Shown here in pieces: positions 36,824 through 48,479 of a stretch of DNA of 64,000 nucleotides. The notes below the pieces were generated by a model, which saw only the letters and a list, made by a program, of their open reading frames with translations, was not told where the DNA came from and searched no databases. Every line of letters begins with the position of its first letter. The stretch's first letter is position 1. The stretch lies in the NCBI GenBank assembly GCA_964187785.1, contig OZ076409.1, forward strand, positions 38,628,001 to 38,692,000, given 5' to 3'. The DNA comes from Amphiscolops sp. MND2022. Lineage: Eukaryota. The position numbers and the translations under genes are program-made.

Positions 36824-39043
36824 TTTCAGTTAGCGTTATCAGAACTTGCATCGTTCCCTCGAAGAAACCAGGTGTGATTTTTGATCTCATGCTGAAAAAA
36901 AATTATCGGATTACTAACCGCGAGATTTTCTCGTAACGTAATGATATTCAAAAGGAAAAACATGCCATACGAGAAATTTTTTCATACTTCATTTCCTTGG
37001 GAAATTTGCGAAGAAAAAACACTTGGAGTAAAATATTTTGAAATATATTTTGTAACAATTTTGTAATTTAAGTAAATTTTGTAAAATAAATCAATGGGGA
37101 GCCGCTGGCCGCTTCAGATTTTGGGCTAAATTAGCAATATTTAGGTCGCCTCGAGGGGTTTAGAATAGCGTCCACTAATGAAGTGAGTAATTTTTCCTGC
37201 AACCTCACACCGAAACGTCCACTTTCTCGCAATTTGCATTCCCCCACAGAGGTCTTATCGTGTTGTATATCTGAGCGTGTCCAAAAGGTCCTCTTTTGAT
37301 TACAGTATAGTTTTTCGCCAATTAAAAAACTAGGTGAGAACAAAGGGTTCCCTCGTAGTTTTTTGGCACATATTTTTTCAAAATTTTCGCGGTTACCCGA
37401 CAGTTTACCTGGCACAGTGATTCAGCCTTGTCAAAATTCCTCCAAGATGAACTTGCCTTCTGTTGATGTTCTTCCTTTCCTCGTAATAATAAATCTCCAT
37501 TATTTTGTGAAAGTTTTGATTTAGTATCGTTATCCATCTAATTTCCTGCACTTCAGAGTTGTAAGGGTTTGTGTTTAGTGTCTGGCAGGAACACAGTATT
37601 TAATCCCTTTTGAATGATTTCCAACCAAAATCAGCATGTTTGATTTTATTTGGTTTTGTTTGAATAAACGACCATAACAATATCTAGTATTGGATTGCTT
37701 GTTGTTTCTTGAAGTAAGTGCGAAATGAAACAATTGGAGGATTAATCGTTCCCTTCCCGGATCGTTGCTGGAGCTCTCCAATGGCCTTTCGGCCAAATAG
37801 TCTGAGTCAAGATGGGACGGTGTAATCAGACGAAATAGGTCTTGTTTCTTTATTGAGTTCTCTCTACGACACGTTCGTCAAAGCTACTAAGAAAGTCTTT
37901 CAACTTGCGAACTTCTATTCAATGCATATGAACAAGGAGCCATTTTGATAGAACTAGAAGTTTGGTTGCTGTAATATTTAATCCCGAGGCTTGATATATC
38001 TATTACCTTTTGCAGCTTGTAGGCACGTGATATTTGGAGAAATTGAACGAGTGCAAACGCTGATAATCTACATTTCTCACGCTATATTTTTGCTATAACA
38101 AGATAACCCAAGTGTTTGTTTTCATTCAAGTCGTTATGCTCAATTGTTTCTTACCCCCAATGCTCATTCTGCCCTCAATTCCTAATTTGGGTGTCATTGT
38201 TGATTCGGTCCAGGTTCCGGATAGTCTTAACCATATACACCACCTATGCTTCCCTCATACCCTATCATTTATTTCTTACCCTCTTTCACCTCTCCGTCTT
38301 TTATGCGCAAGTTGCGTTAAAAATGGTTGCCGCCCTGTACCGGATATTGAAGCTAGTCTACTAGACGCTACTCCTCTATTGTAGTTGAATCTCAACTCTC
38401 CGCTGTATTTGTTTCACCTGATAAGTATATCCTCTGGATCGTTCATTTGCTGTATTCATGAATGATTAATAGCTACATAGATGTTACAAGTTCGAGCCAA
38501 TGGTCTCTTGAACAGACGTTAAGAACTTGGACGATCTACGCATTGGAGGTCGGTATGACTGCTCTTTTTGATCCAGAAGTCAGTTTTTCAATTCTATTTC
38601 TTTCGATTATTGTTCTATTTATCCAAGCTTCTTGAACAATTGCCCCTGATTTCTTGGAAATTTCATATATCGCCTTCATATATGTATCAAATATACATAC
38701 ATCTTAACGCTGTACATGGGCTCTGAAGCACAAAATGTGTAATCATCGAGATTTTCGTATGATCAGAATCTCTATCAAGGTAGAATGAAAAATTTCAGTT
38801 GCCGTTATTAGAAGTTGCATCATCGTTCCCTCAAAAAACCTGATTTTTGATCTCAAGCTGGAAAAAACGATTTTCTGATCGGGATTACTAACCCCGAGTT
38901 TTTTGTAATGATATTCAAAAGGAATACATATTATACGAGAAATGTTTTCATCATTTCCTTGATAAATTAGCGAAGAAAAAATCCCTTGGAGTAGAATATT
39001 TTGTGTTTGTATACTCAATTTGCAGGCGGCGCTTTTTGTAACA

Positions 39044-39985
39044 AACAAGACTGGAACGTCTAAAGTCGGCGTTATATCTAAGGCTCAAAAAGCGCAAAGT
39101 TTTTAAAACTGTAAAAGGGGCCCCTACGGGCTTTTTGAAAATTCAGTCTGTTGCGAAATATCAAAAAAATTGAAGGGGGACCTTTTGGAGACAAAAAAAT
39201 TTCGACATTTTTAAAAAATTTTTGAAAACGAAAAAAAATTGAAGTCTCATAATGCCGAAATACTTAAAAGGGAGACCCTTCGGGCTTTTTGCCACTTTGA
39301 AGGACTGAAAAACTTGAAGGACCCTTTGAAGTAAAAAAAATCGAAAAAAAAGTCGCACAGTGCCGAAAAAATTGGAAGAAGTGACCCTTCAGTCTCGTCC
39401 GCTTTCGCAAATGATCGAAAAAAGTTTCTGGCTAAAGCAAGGAATTGAACCCGTAACCGCTGGGTTCACCGTGAACCGAGTAAAGTCTGTACTAAAAAGT
39501 GGTACATACACGATGAGGTCTGTGGTCTGACGGAAAAAACTAGCCACTGTAATAGTCGGGCTCTTTTCACTAGAAAAGCGCCGACTAAAAACGACTCTTA
39601 CAGTACAGTGGCAAGTTTTTTCGTTTGGCCACATACTTTACACTCAATAATCCTTTTTTCGAACAGACTTCGTTCTAGCTGCCACTTGGCCTATTGGTTG
39701 AGATGCGCGCTTCCCAAGCAGTCGGTCTGGTTTCAATTCCCTCAGGATTATTTGCGTTTGCAAGTCTTGACTGGTTTTTTGGCACTATGCAACTTTTTGA
39801 AAACATTTCATCAATATGTTTTTATGTTTCCTGTCAGGCGTTTTTCGAGGCCACGGGGTGGCCCTTCGGATATTTTTGGCACTGAAATTTATTATAATGT
39901 CCTGAGAAGCACTCTGAAAATAATTGAAATTTTGCGCCTTTTGGGCATTGAGCTGTGCGGCGACTTGAGACGTTCTTGTCTTGTT
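39044..39985. mobile_element. Two head-to-head HINE family 1 copies (- 39044-39591, + about 39592-39985), each with a tRNA-like segment
   Basis: aacaagactggaacgtctaaagtcggcg ... gcgccgactaaaaa, then ... ggcgacttgagacgttcttgtcttgtt. Confidence 0.72.
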
Positions 39986-42153
39986 TTAACGTACTCGATT
40001 TTTAATGATAGTTGAATCAAAATAACCATTTCGTTGATTGCTTTATCGGTATGTTTCTTTTGCTGTCGTAAGCTCTTCATTAACTATACTCATCAAGGCC
40101 CCAATTAAATTTTTGAAATATCGGCGTTAGCTGGAAAGAAATTGCACTGTTACCAGTGGAGTTTTTTTCACGACCGCTAATTTTGTTTTCTCTTAGCACC
40201 TAGTCTAACTCTTAGCAGCAAGGGAGGACACTTTTTAATGACATGAAGCGAGTGGGCGTTCGTTTTCGGAATGATAATTTCCTGCGAGCTTGCGTTCAAT
40301 TAAGAACAAAAGTGGGTTACCGTTCGCTAATAGTATTTTCTTTTATTCAAGTAACAAAGCTTACAGACCGTATCTTTGATTCAGTCAAAAATACAAATTT
40401 TACATATTCGCAAAATTCAAAATATGAAAAAAAAATAGAAATTCTGTTCGGGATTGCAAGTTTTATTTCCGGAAGTTTTTCATAAATTGATTTTATTTCA
40501 GAAACATAAGTGAAACTGATAGATGATTTTTTAAAATTTATCTGCAATTTTATTGCAGTCGCGGAAATATACAGTCGACATATATTGCCATATCTCGGAC
40601 GCCAATATTCAACCGTAAAAATATCATTCTCTTGCTTATAATTCGAACAAAAGAATCGACTATAGCAGTGGTTTTTTAAAGATTGGCGAACTGACAGATT
40701 TCTATCAGCCTTTCTATAAGTTTCTATACTCTCACTGTCACTTGGCCTGGAGGTTAATTCGGATTTCCCCAAGACGAGGTCTGAGAAGCAGGAGAAGTAC
40801 GTGGGTTTGAGTCGAGTCTCACACTATACCAAAAAATTTCCATGCTTGAAAATTTTCACAATAGTGTCCCTTCTGCTCTTTTTAAATCCTGAGTCGGGCG
40901 CCGACTTAGATCGTTCCCGGCTTGTTTTTTTCCATAGATAACTGCTATTCAAGCATATGGCGCAATCAGTTCTCCGATTAACTCATGGGAATAATTGCCG
41001 ATTAGTCTGCATGCCCAATGGAAGAAAGAATGATCGTGGAATTTTTGTAAGATCAGTGTGAACAAAAACCAGATTCTTTCGACAAATTCAAGTATTTGAA
41101 TTGTCCTGAGAAACGTGTATGGAAATGAGAGGCTTCCATTGGGAAGTTTCTACGACCCAGGAAAAATGTTTTCGAAGGCCTATTAGATATCGCTTAGTAA
41201 TCCATTTTTTCTCATCTTTGATAAATGCCGAGATTCGCTTACTGTTAAAAAATAGTTTGTATTTTCTGCCAATACTTCTGGCTTCTAACTACGGTTTTTC
41301 GGGAAGAATTTTCAACATGGGGCTGATTCTCGCGCTTTGGAATGAGAAATGAAGGTCCAGAAGTTGCAGTAAATACATGCTGATTTTTGACGTTTTTCTG
41401 GAGCGTTTTCTCTCAATAGTTCCTGTCGATTCCTTTGGCCGTGGTCACAGTTGAAAGATAACCACTTCTGATTTATAAAAGTTGAGCCGATTTTCGAGAT
41501 TGTTTCATTCCTGAGATATTCTTGATCAGGAGTATCACCAACTGTCAGTTCTCAAAGTGGAAAACTTTTGCTTCAAATTCTTCCATTCAGTCCTCAATAT
41601 AGCCCAATCAAAATTTTTGATAGCTTCTGAATCGGTACTTCGAAGTGGATGTTTCATGCTGTTTTGTTTTATTTTTAGGACTTCTGACCGGAAATTTGCA
41701 GAAGTAACTTGTGAAAGTGGGAAATAGTTATTTCGTACTCATTTTCTTTGTAATTGTTCTCTTCGAAAGTTAGCTTCCTTTAGATTAAAATCGCATTCCT
41801 GTTAATAAATGAACTTTTTCATTGAGTTTAAAATTTTTATGGTAAATTATTATGTGGATAGCCAGTACATCATCTTCGGAACCTAGTTGATTGTATCTAC
41901 ATTTTCTTTCGTGGTCTGTTGTCGAAAATGGTAGACGAAAGGTGAACCCATTATTTTAATACAGTTCATGTATTTGCAGATTTGTTAAATGCGTGTACGA
42001 ATGCAGGACTTGTAAGAACACTGTTACACTGAATCTGTAATTCGTTTTATGGGGGTTCTTTGTGTCTGAAACGAGATTAAAGTCCATATTGTTCGAATGT
42101 AATTCTGTAATTCTCAAATTCGAAATAATGGTGCTTTCAAACTGTACTTTCAG

Positions 42154-42406
42154 ATTACGTCACAGTCGCCTGATCAGCGAATCAAGCTCATCGAGTTCAA
42201 GTGAGGAGAGTGAAACACAGTCTTCTGTTGATACTGATTTATCATCTGCGCCTGTTTCAAATTCTCTCGTGAGGTCGCTTCGCAAAAGAAGTCGAGGTTG
42301 TACTCCTGTCTCAGCCACACAGAACTCTAACAAAGGCGATAGTATCAGTCAGCCAGTCAATAGTTCTACCTCTAATAAAGCCAGCGCCAAATCTTCGCAA
42401 CAATCA
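42154..42406 (+). CDS. Host gene exon 4, Ser-rich
   Basis: Acceptor tgtactttcag|A (phase 2) in the frame of ORF 42062-42430. The donor TCA|gtgatg (phase 0) is weaker. Confidence 0.75.
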
Positions 42407-42795
42407 GTGATGACCATTTTCATCCTTTAATTTGAAGACAACAAATCATTTACTTATTTAATTTTATTTTTCAATGAAATTCGAAACTTGAATAACGTTT
42501 GAATGTACACAGTCTTGTATAAAGAAAAGCCCTTTGAGTAAACGAACTGAGCGTTGTTTCCCTTTACCGCTGAGCTCTTCTATAATAAAATTAGATTTAT
42601 GCGTTCAAGGGGTTCGAATTTCAAACTGAACAGGATCTCGATTGTTCTTGAAGTAATTGTTCCAAAACAATTACCTCAAACTCACAAAAAATTGCTTTCA
42701 ATTGCTAGGATAATTAACTTTAAAAAATTCAATCTTTGGGTTGAAAAAGGACATTTGTTGCAAAATTTGGTCATCACTTGCTGTATAAACAACAG

Positions 42796-43109
42796 GCAGC
42801 TTCATCGTCGAGCACCACAGCCATTGGTTCTTCAATAAGCTCTAGACTACGACCCAGAACTTCTACTGCCAGGCCTGCAGCAGTAGACAGTTCGGCGGAT
42901 CGTTTTAGTCCGGCAACAACTACCAACAGCAGTGCGCCCCAAAGTCGAAACCGCAGTCCGCTATCGCAAAATTTGAATTTCGACATTACTGAGATCGACG
43001 AAGCCACGCTCGTGTTTGGCAACAGAGTAGACACGCCAGAAAGTTCATCGAATAATTGTCAGATCAGTGAAGACTATTATCCTCAACTTTCTCCTGCCGG
43101 GGATCAAAG
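42796..43109 (+). CDS. Host gene exon 5
   Basis: Acceptor aacaacag|GCA (phase 0) in the frame of ORF 42778-43146. Donor CAAAG|gtatga (phase 2). Confidence 0.78.
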
Positions 43110-43247
43110 GTATGATTTCCCTGTTGGATTGTTTAGACTATCTTAGATGTTATTAGATACAACGACTTTTATACTTTAAACTGATATTATAACATTTCTC
43201 GTGTAGGTTTGTAAAAGCAAAGACAATAATAGTTTGTGTCGTCATAG

Positions 43248-43360
43248 GTTGCCGAAAGTTCCGAGTGGTGGCAAAAACTCGAAGAAACGCAAACAGAAGA
43301 TGAAACAGAACACAAACAATAATGATTTCACTGAAACGCACGAAGAAGCTGCTCCAATGG
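43248..43360 (+). CDS. Host gene exon 6 (RLPKVPSGGKNSKKRKQKMKQ..., NLS-like basic cluster)
   Basis: Acceptor gtgtcgtcatag|G (phase 2) and donor ATGG|gtaaat (phase 1). It joins both neighbours in frame. Confidence 0.7.
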
Positions 43361-43439
43361 GTAAATGATTTGTGCTTTTGTGTAAATTTGTTTCCTATCA
43401 GTGCTGAGAGTTGATATTTGTTATGCAATTATTCTCCAG

Positions 43440-44063
43440 GTTTCAACTCTTCCTCTGTCGCTGGCCGGTTGAGAAGCAAGAAGAAATCGTCTAAACCTGC
43501 AAACACTTGTACGCCTTCTAACGCTGCTTACTCTGGAACAAACTCGTCGACAGCAAGCGCCCCCGCCGGAGGTGGCTCATGCCCAACTGTGATTCAAAAC
43601 AATTCCTCTAAACTCGCACCTCCTCATATGTCGCAGCAAATGATGCCCCTTATGTGGCAACACCCTGGCGTCAATGCCAACTCTGGCTCCAGTTACGACG
43701 AGGCCAGCCAGCTTATAGTTAATCCGGCTCTGCAAACCTTCAGAGATATTCCCAGTATGGCGCAACAACCCATGATGTCTCAATCTTCCATTCTGCCGCC
43801 CACTAGTAACCTGAACGCAGTGTTGCCCATGAATTTTGCAGCAGCCGCACCCACCAATAGCCTCATGGCTCAGTTACCGCCTCAATTCTGGGGAACAACA
43901 ACGGCCACCGCTGTCTCCAGCACCAACATGGGCATTCATACCTCTGCCAATGCCAACCCTCTTGGTGCTGCTGGTCTCCATGACCCAACTTTCGCATCTT
44001 TTCTGCCTAATCCACAGATATCCAATCCTAATCTTTTGCCAGTAGATTCCTCTTTGTTAAATA
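43440..44063 (+). CDS. Host gene exon 7, Ser/Asn/Gln/Pro/Met-rich
   Basis: Acceptor ttattctccag|GT (phase 1) in the frame of ORF 43418-44071. Consensus donor AATA|gtaagt (phase 1). Confidence 0.82.
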
Positions 44064-44597
44064 GTAAGTGAAGCGCACTCTGCTCAGCTATGATTCTAAA
44101 GGAGGTGTATAGGACTTGGAATCTGGATCATACAAGATTTGTACATTTGCAAACTTCTGGCATGAGTTGTCGGCAATTTTTCTGTCATTTTCACCCTATT
44201 TTGAAATACTTCTTGGGGAAGTAATGAAGTTTAGTAGTTTGGCTTAGTTCGACCCAACTCATGTTGATTTTGGATTTCAGTCAATTTTGATATTTTATGA
44301 AGAACCTACTTTTTTATCAATAAGATTTAGCAGATAATATGACGAAATTAGGCTGCACAGTTTAGAGAATACTGTGTTTCTGAGAATTATTGCTTCGGCT
44401 AAGACCTTTTAATGAGAGGTTTTCGGTACCTCTTGCAATACAACGTCAGTTCACATGCAGCAATTCGACAAGTTTGGAATTCATGGGCAACTCAAACTAC
44501 AGTTTCTCATCGTTTGGTCTTTTAGTGATCAAATTAGTATTTGAGTGGAAATGAATCGAATTTTTCTATAAATTTGTTTTGTCTAATTTCTGATAAC

Positions 44598-45137
44598 CAT
44601 CAATTTAGTCATATATCACGTTATTTTGTGCAAGTTAGTTTCTGCAAACTTCTAAATGCACCAGCTGACCGTATGGTGAAGGAAACTCTTGAATAAGATT
44701 TTCAAACAATTTTACATAGCATTGCACGTCTCTTCACGGAATATTGATATGATGTCTCTGAAATCAAGGAAATGGGACCAAAAATTTTTTTTAATTGAGC
44801 ACAGATTTTCCGGTTTTCCAAATTTCGTTTCTGGCACTTTTATCCCACTGGTTTCAAGATTGGGTCAAAGTGACCCCAGCATATTTTGAAACATGCTGAA
44901 ATGCAATCAGAGACACGAGGCGTGCAAAGTCCGGAGCCACATGTCAGCGGAGGACTTCGTGCAAAAAACTTTGCGCGCAAGAGGCGCGGGCCCCCAACCC
45001 AGTAGTTCAAAAATCAAATTGAAAGCCCTGATTGTCTTCTTTCGAACGAGCTATGAATCGATTGTCGGACTTGAATAGTTTAGGAGATATTGTGATTTAA
45101 AGTTTAAACACCAGATTTATGGATGGTCCATTTAGGG
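44598..45137. mobile_element. piggyBac-like (TTAA) MITE, diverged copy 2, in the intron between exons 7 and 8
   Basis: Collinear with 17400-17935; the right end reads tttaggg-ttaa. Confidence 0.7.
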
Positions 45138-45195
45138 TTAAAAGTTATACGAGTTCTTTAAAACTACCTTCCCATTCTCACATTTTTTTTCGAAG

Positions 45196-45496
45196 GTTAT
45201 CATCACCCTATGGGGCACTTCGGGCACTCTAATCATCAGCTGTCAAGAGTCAATTTGGCTCTGGCCCCCAATGTGCACTCAGCGTCCAATCAGATGCCTC
45301 CAGTTTCTGCCGCCACCCTTAACAGCAATCACTCAACATCCAGTTCCTCGAATCCCTTCATGGCTCTGGGTAAAATCCCCGGCTGGATATTCGGATCTTC
45401 CAGTGGAAAGTCCAATTCAAGCAGCGGCCACGCCGGATCAAAACGAAGCAAGCATTCCAACGCATGCCATGCAAATTCTCAAATACCTCACTCCAG
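45196..45496 (+). CDS. Host gene exon 8 (either splices at 45496 or reads on to TGA at 45548)
   Basis: Acceptor ttttttttcgaag|GT (phase 1) in frame with ORF 45210-45548. Candidate donor TCCAG|gttaga. No convincing further exon was found in the window. Confidence 0.72.
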
Positions 45497-46259
45497 GTTA
45501 GATAAGCTTTCATTCCTTTTCTTGTCAGAACAACTTGCTGTCTCATGAGTCTTCAGTATTTCTGGGTAAGATTTGATTACTGACAATGATATACGAGATT
45601 TGGGTCCACCACGTGGCGTCAGGCTCTGCCGGTTGTTACATTCCTATTACTTGAATCTCTCACAAGCAGCTTGCGCTGAGAAACCCTTTCGGGCTTTGTC
45701 GTCGAGATTAAATCATGATTATTTTTGATGTAAACAAACATAACCTCCTCAGTTTACTTATTAAGTACAAATATTTGGAGTCATGAACCAAATCAGTATC
45801 TCAGCTTATAAGAATCATATGGTACGTACCGAACACTTACGGGGGGGGGGGGCTTTGTCACTCTACTAGTGTTTGGTATGTCAATTGATGCTTTAATCAA
45901 TTGACAGACGCTTTAATGATCTTTTACTTCATGTTTGTAAAGACTTAAATCGATCAACCTGAAAATATTGAATTCTTTCAAGAAGTCTTGTATCTTACCC
46001 TAGTTTTTTTGAGAGCGTAGGATTTATAACTAGTTATAAATTTACTCGCCTCCTTTGTGATGTTGGTGATTGATTTTTGCTAACTCAGTGACAAACCTAC
46101 GAGTCACACAAAGCATCAGTTGCAGTAGGTGATTACTGTTTCAATCCTAAACAAAAACAATTCGTGCTTGTTCGTTCATTTTTTGTGCTACCGCGACACC
46201 CTACTTTCCAAAACTAAGTTCTAAAGATAACTTTTAGTTTCAAAATGCGTACTCTCTAA

Positions 46260-46378
46260 GGGGGTAACAACGTCTAAATCCAAATCATGCTCAATCGCCA
46301 TATTAAAACATTGAATTTTAGACGGTATTCCAGAAACACTTTTAGACGTTATTCCTTAGACGTTATTCGCGCTACTAG
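46260..46378. repeat. MITE remnant with gaataacgtctaa repeats; related end at about 28615-28690
   Basis: 46316-46378 is close to the reverse complement of 28612-28675. Confidence 0.55.
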
Positions 46379-46482
46379 TCTCTAAGATTCCAATATAAGT
46401 TGGTGAATAAATACTTATCATATACAGTTCCCTTGCAATTGATTCTTGTCCTGTAATCAATCCATGAAACTATCCATATATG

Positions 46483-48337
46483 AGCTTAAAATGTATAATA
46501 TTGACCAGCTGTCGGTAAAAAAGCTGCGTTTTGCGGAATAATTTCAATACAGCACCCTGCTTGAATGATCAGGTATGTTTGATTTTGTTATGTTGATTTT
46601 GATTCCTTTTTACTTGACGCTTTTTTAGTCGGCGCTTCATGAAGTGAAACGCGACTATTATAGTGACTTTTAATTTTTTTCTATCCACACGAACTGACCA
46701 AAATAGTTCTTAAAAGTTCTACAAAATATTATGGTGTCAAATTGCACCATTTGGCCTAGCGAACTGGACCAAAATGGTTTTACCTGTTTTTCCGCGTAAC
46801 ATACCATACCGGGAGATTTTTTCAATATCCTACCCTTTCAATTTTTTTCGGCACTGCGAGACATTTTTTTTTCGGATTTTTTTTCCTCAAAGGGTCTGCA
46901 TTTTTTGATGTTTTGCGACAGAATGGATGTTGGAAAATCCCAAAGGGTTCCTCCTTTCAGTTTTTCGGCATTGTGAGACGTTAGCGCGCCAGGTTCAATT
47001 TTTTAGTATGTAATTTTTCCAAAAAAAAATTTCGAAAAATTTTCGATTTTCGACTTCTGTAAAAGAATACTTGACACTTGGAAGTCTTTTTGCTATTTTT
47101 GAGCCTTGGATATGGCGCCGACTTGGGCCGGTCCCGGCTTGTTTGAGAAAAGAGCGACTATAGTCATTAGTCGGTGCTTTTTTTAGAGAACAGCGACTGT
47201 AGTCATAGCTTTTCGTCTTTTTAGTCGCTTCATTTTAACAAGTAGAGCCCGACTATTACAGTGGCAAGTTTTTTTTATTCGTCAGATAACAGAATGTACG
47301 CGTAGTTGACCTTTTTACAGAACTACTAAATCACTGGACCGGCAAACGGAAACGCATCTAAGTTAGTGCAAAGGGCCCCTTTCTTTTACTCCCTTTTTAA
47401 CGTAGGATACAAAACCGGAAGAGACTATAGGGTCCCCATAACCATTTTTTCGGCACTGTGTGACTTTCGAGTTTTTTTTGTCGCCAAAGGGACCCACAGG
47501 GCCAAGTTTTTTGATATTTTACAACAAACTGAGGTTTCAAAAAGCCCAAAGGGTCTCGCCCCTTCAGATTTTTCAGCCCTATGAGACTGTTTACACTTGC
47601 GATAAGCAAGTGTTATGGGAAAGTGCGGGCGCTTTTTTCCGGCGGACAACTCTCGTTTCACGCGGCAAAGCCTAAAATGTATAATATTGACCAGCTGTCG
47701 GTAAAAAAGCTCCGTTTTGCGGAATAATTTCAATACAGCACCCTGCTTGAATGATCAGGTATGTTTGATTTTGTTATGTTGATTTTGATTCCTTTTTACT
47801 TGACGCTTTTTTTGAGAAAAGAGCGACTATAGTCATTAGTCGGTGCTTTTTTTAGAGAACAGCGACTGTAGTCATAGCTTTTCGTCTTTTTAGTCGGTTC
47901 ATTTCAACAAGTAGAGCGCTACTATTACAGTGGCAAGTTTTTTTTATTCGTCAGATAACAGAATGTACGCGTAGTTGACTATTTACAGAACTACTAAATC
48001 ACTGGACCGGCAAACGGAAACGCAACTAAGTTAGTGCAGAGGGCCCCTTCCTTTTACTCCCTTTTTAACGTAGGATACAAAACCGGAAGAGACTATAGGG
48101 TCCCCATAAGCATTTTTTCGGCACTGTGTGACTTTCGAGTTTTTTTTGTCGCCAAAGGGACCCACAGGGCCAAGTTTTTTGATATTTTACAACAAACTGA
48201 GGTTTCAAAAAGCCCAAAGGGTCTCGCCCCTTCAGATTTTTCAGCCCTATGAGACTGTTTACACTTGCGATAAGCAAGTGTTATGGGAAAGTGCGGGCGC
48301 TTTTTTTCCGGCGGACAACTCTCGTTTCACGCGGCAA
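46483..48337. repeat. Tandem duplication, 669-bp unit; unit 1 (46483-47668) carries an extra HINE insertion
   Basis: Both units start agc.taaaatgtataatattgaccagc and end tttcacgcggcaa. ORFs 47366 and 48034 are near-identical. Confidence 0.93.
46621..47143 (+). mobile_element. HINE family 1, young copy with its empty site visible at 47807-47813
   Basis: Family termini are present. The flanks gacgc(T)n and gagaaaagagc are contiguous in the duplicate unit. Confidence 0.88.
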
Positions 48338-48479
48338 TTCGCACAGTTCACGCGTTCGTGGTCTAGTGGTAAGATGTTTGCTTTTCAACCCAGAGGTTTC
48401 GTGTTCGAACCCGTGCTAATTTTTCTACAAGTATTCCGAAGCAGAAGGTTCTTACTTTTTTCGGCACTATGAGACTGCG

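Larger units (their letters stand above)
35657..39000. repeat. Diverged local direct duplication (about 35657-37040 versus 38539-39000)
   Basis: cgcattggaggt ... cttggagta.aatatttt is collinear once the two HINE insertions in the first copy are removed. Confidence 0.85.

Noticed and set aside
43207..43247. Upstream acceptor tcgtgtag at 43206 for exon 6
   Set aside because: With the phase-2 donor at 43109 it reaches a stop codon, whereas the acceptor at 43247 keeps the frame.
45480..45505. PHSRLD resembling the start of the SPSB/Gustavus SPRY region
   Set aside because: Only a few residues match and no SPRY sequence follows in the window.
45841..45852. G12 run as a G-quadruplex element
   Set aside because: It is an isolated homopolymer with no supporting context.
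46545..46572. Possible micro-exon ending CAG|gtatgt
   Set aside because: It contains a stop in the phases needed to follow exon 8 or the candidate micro-exon.
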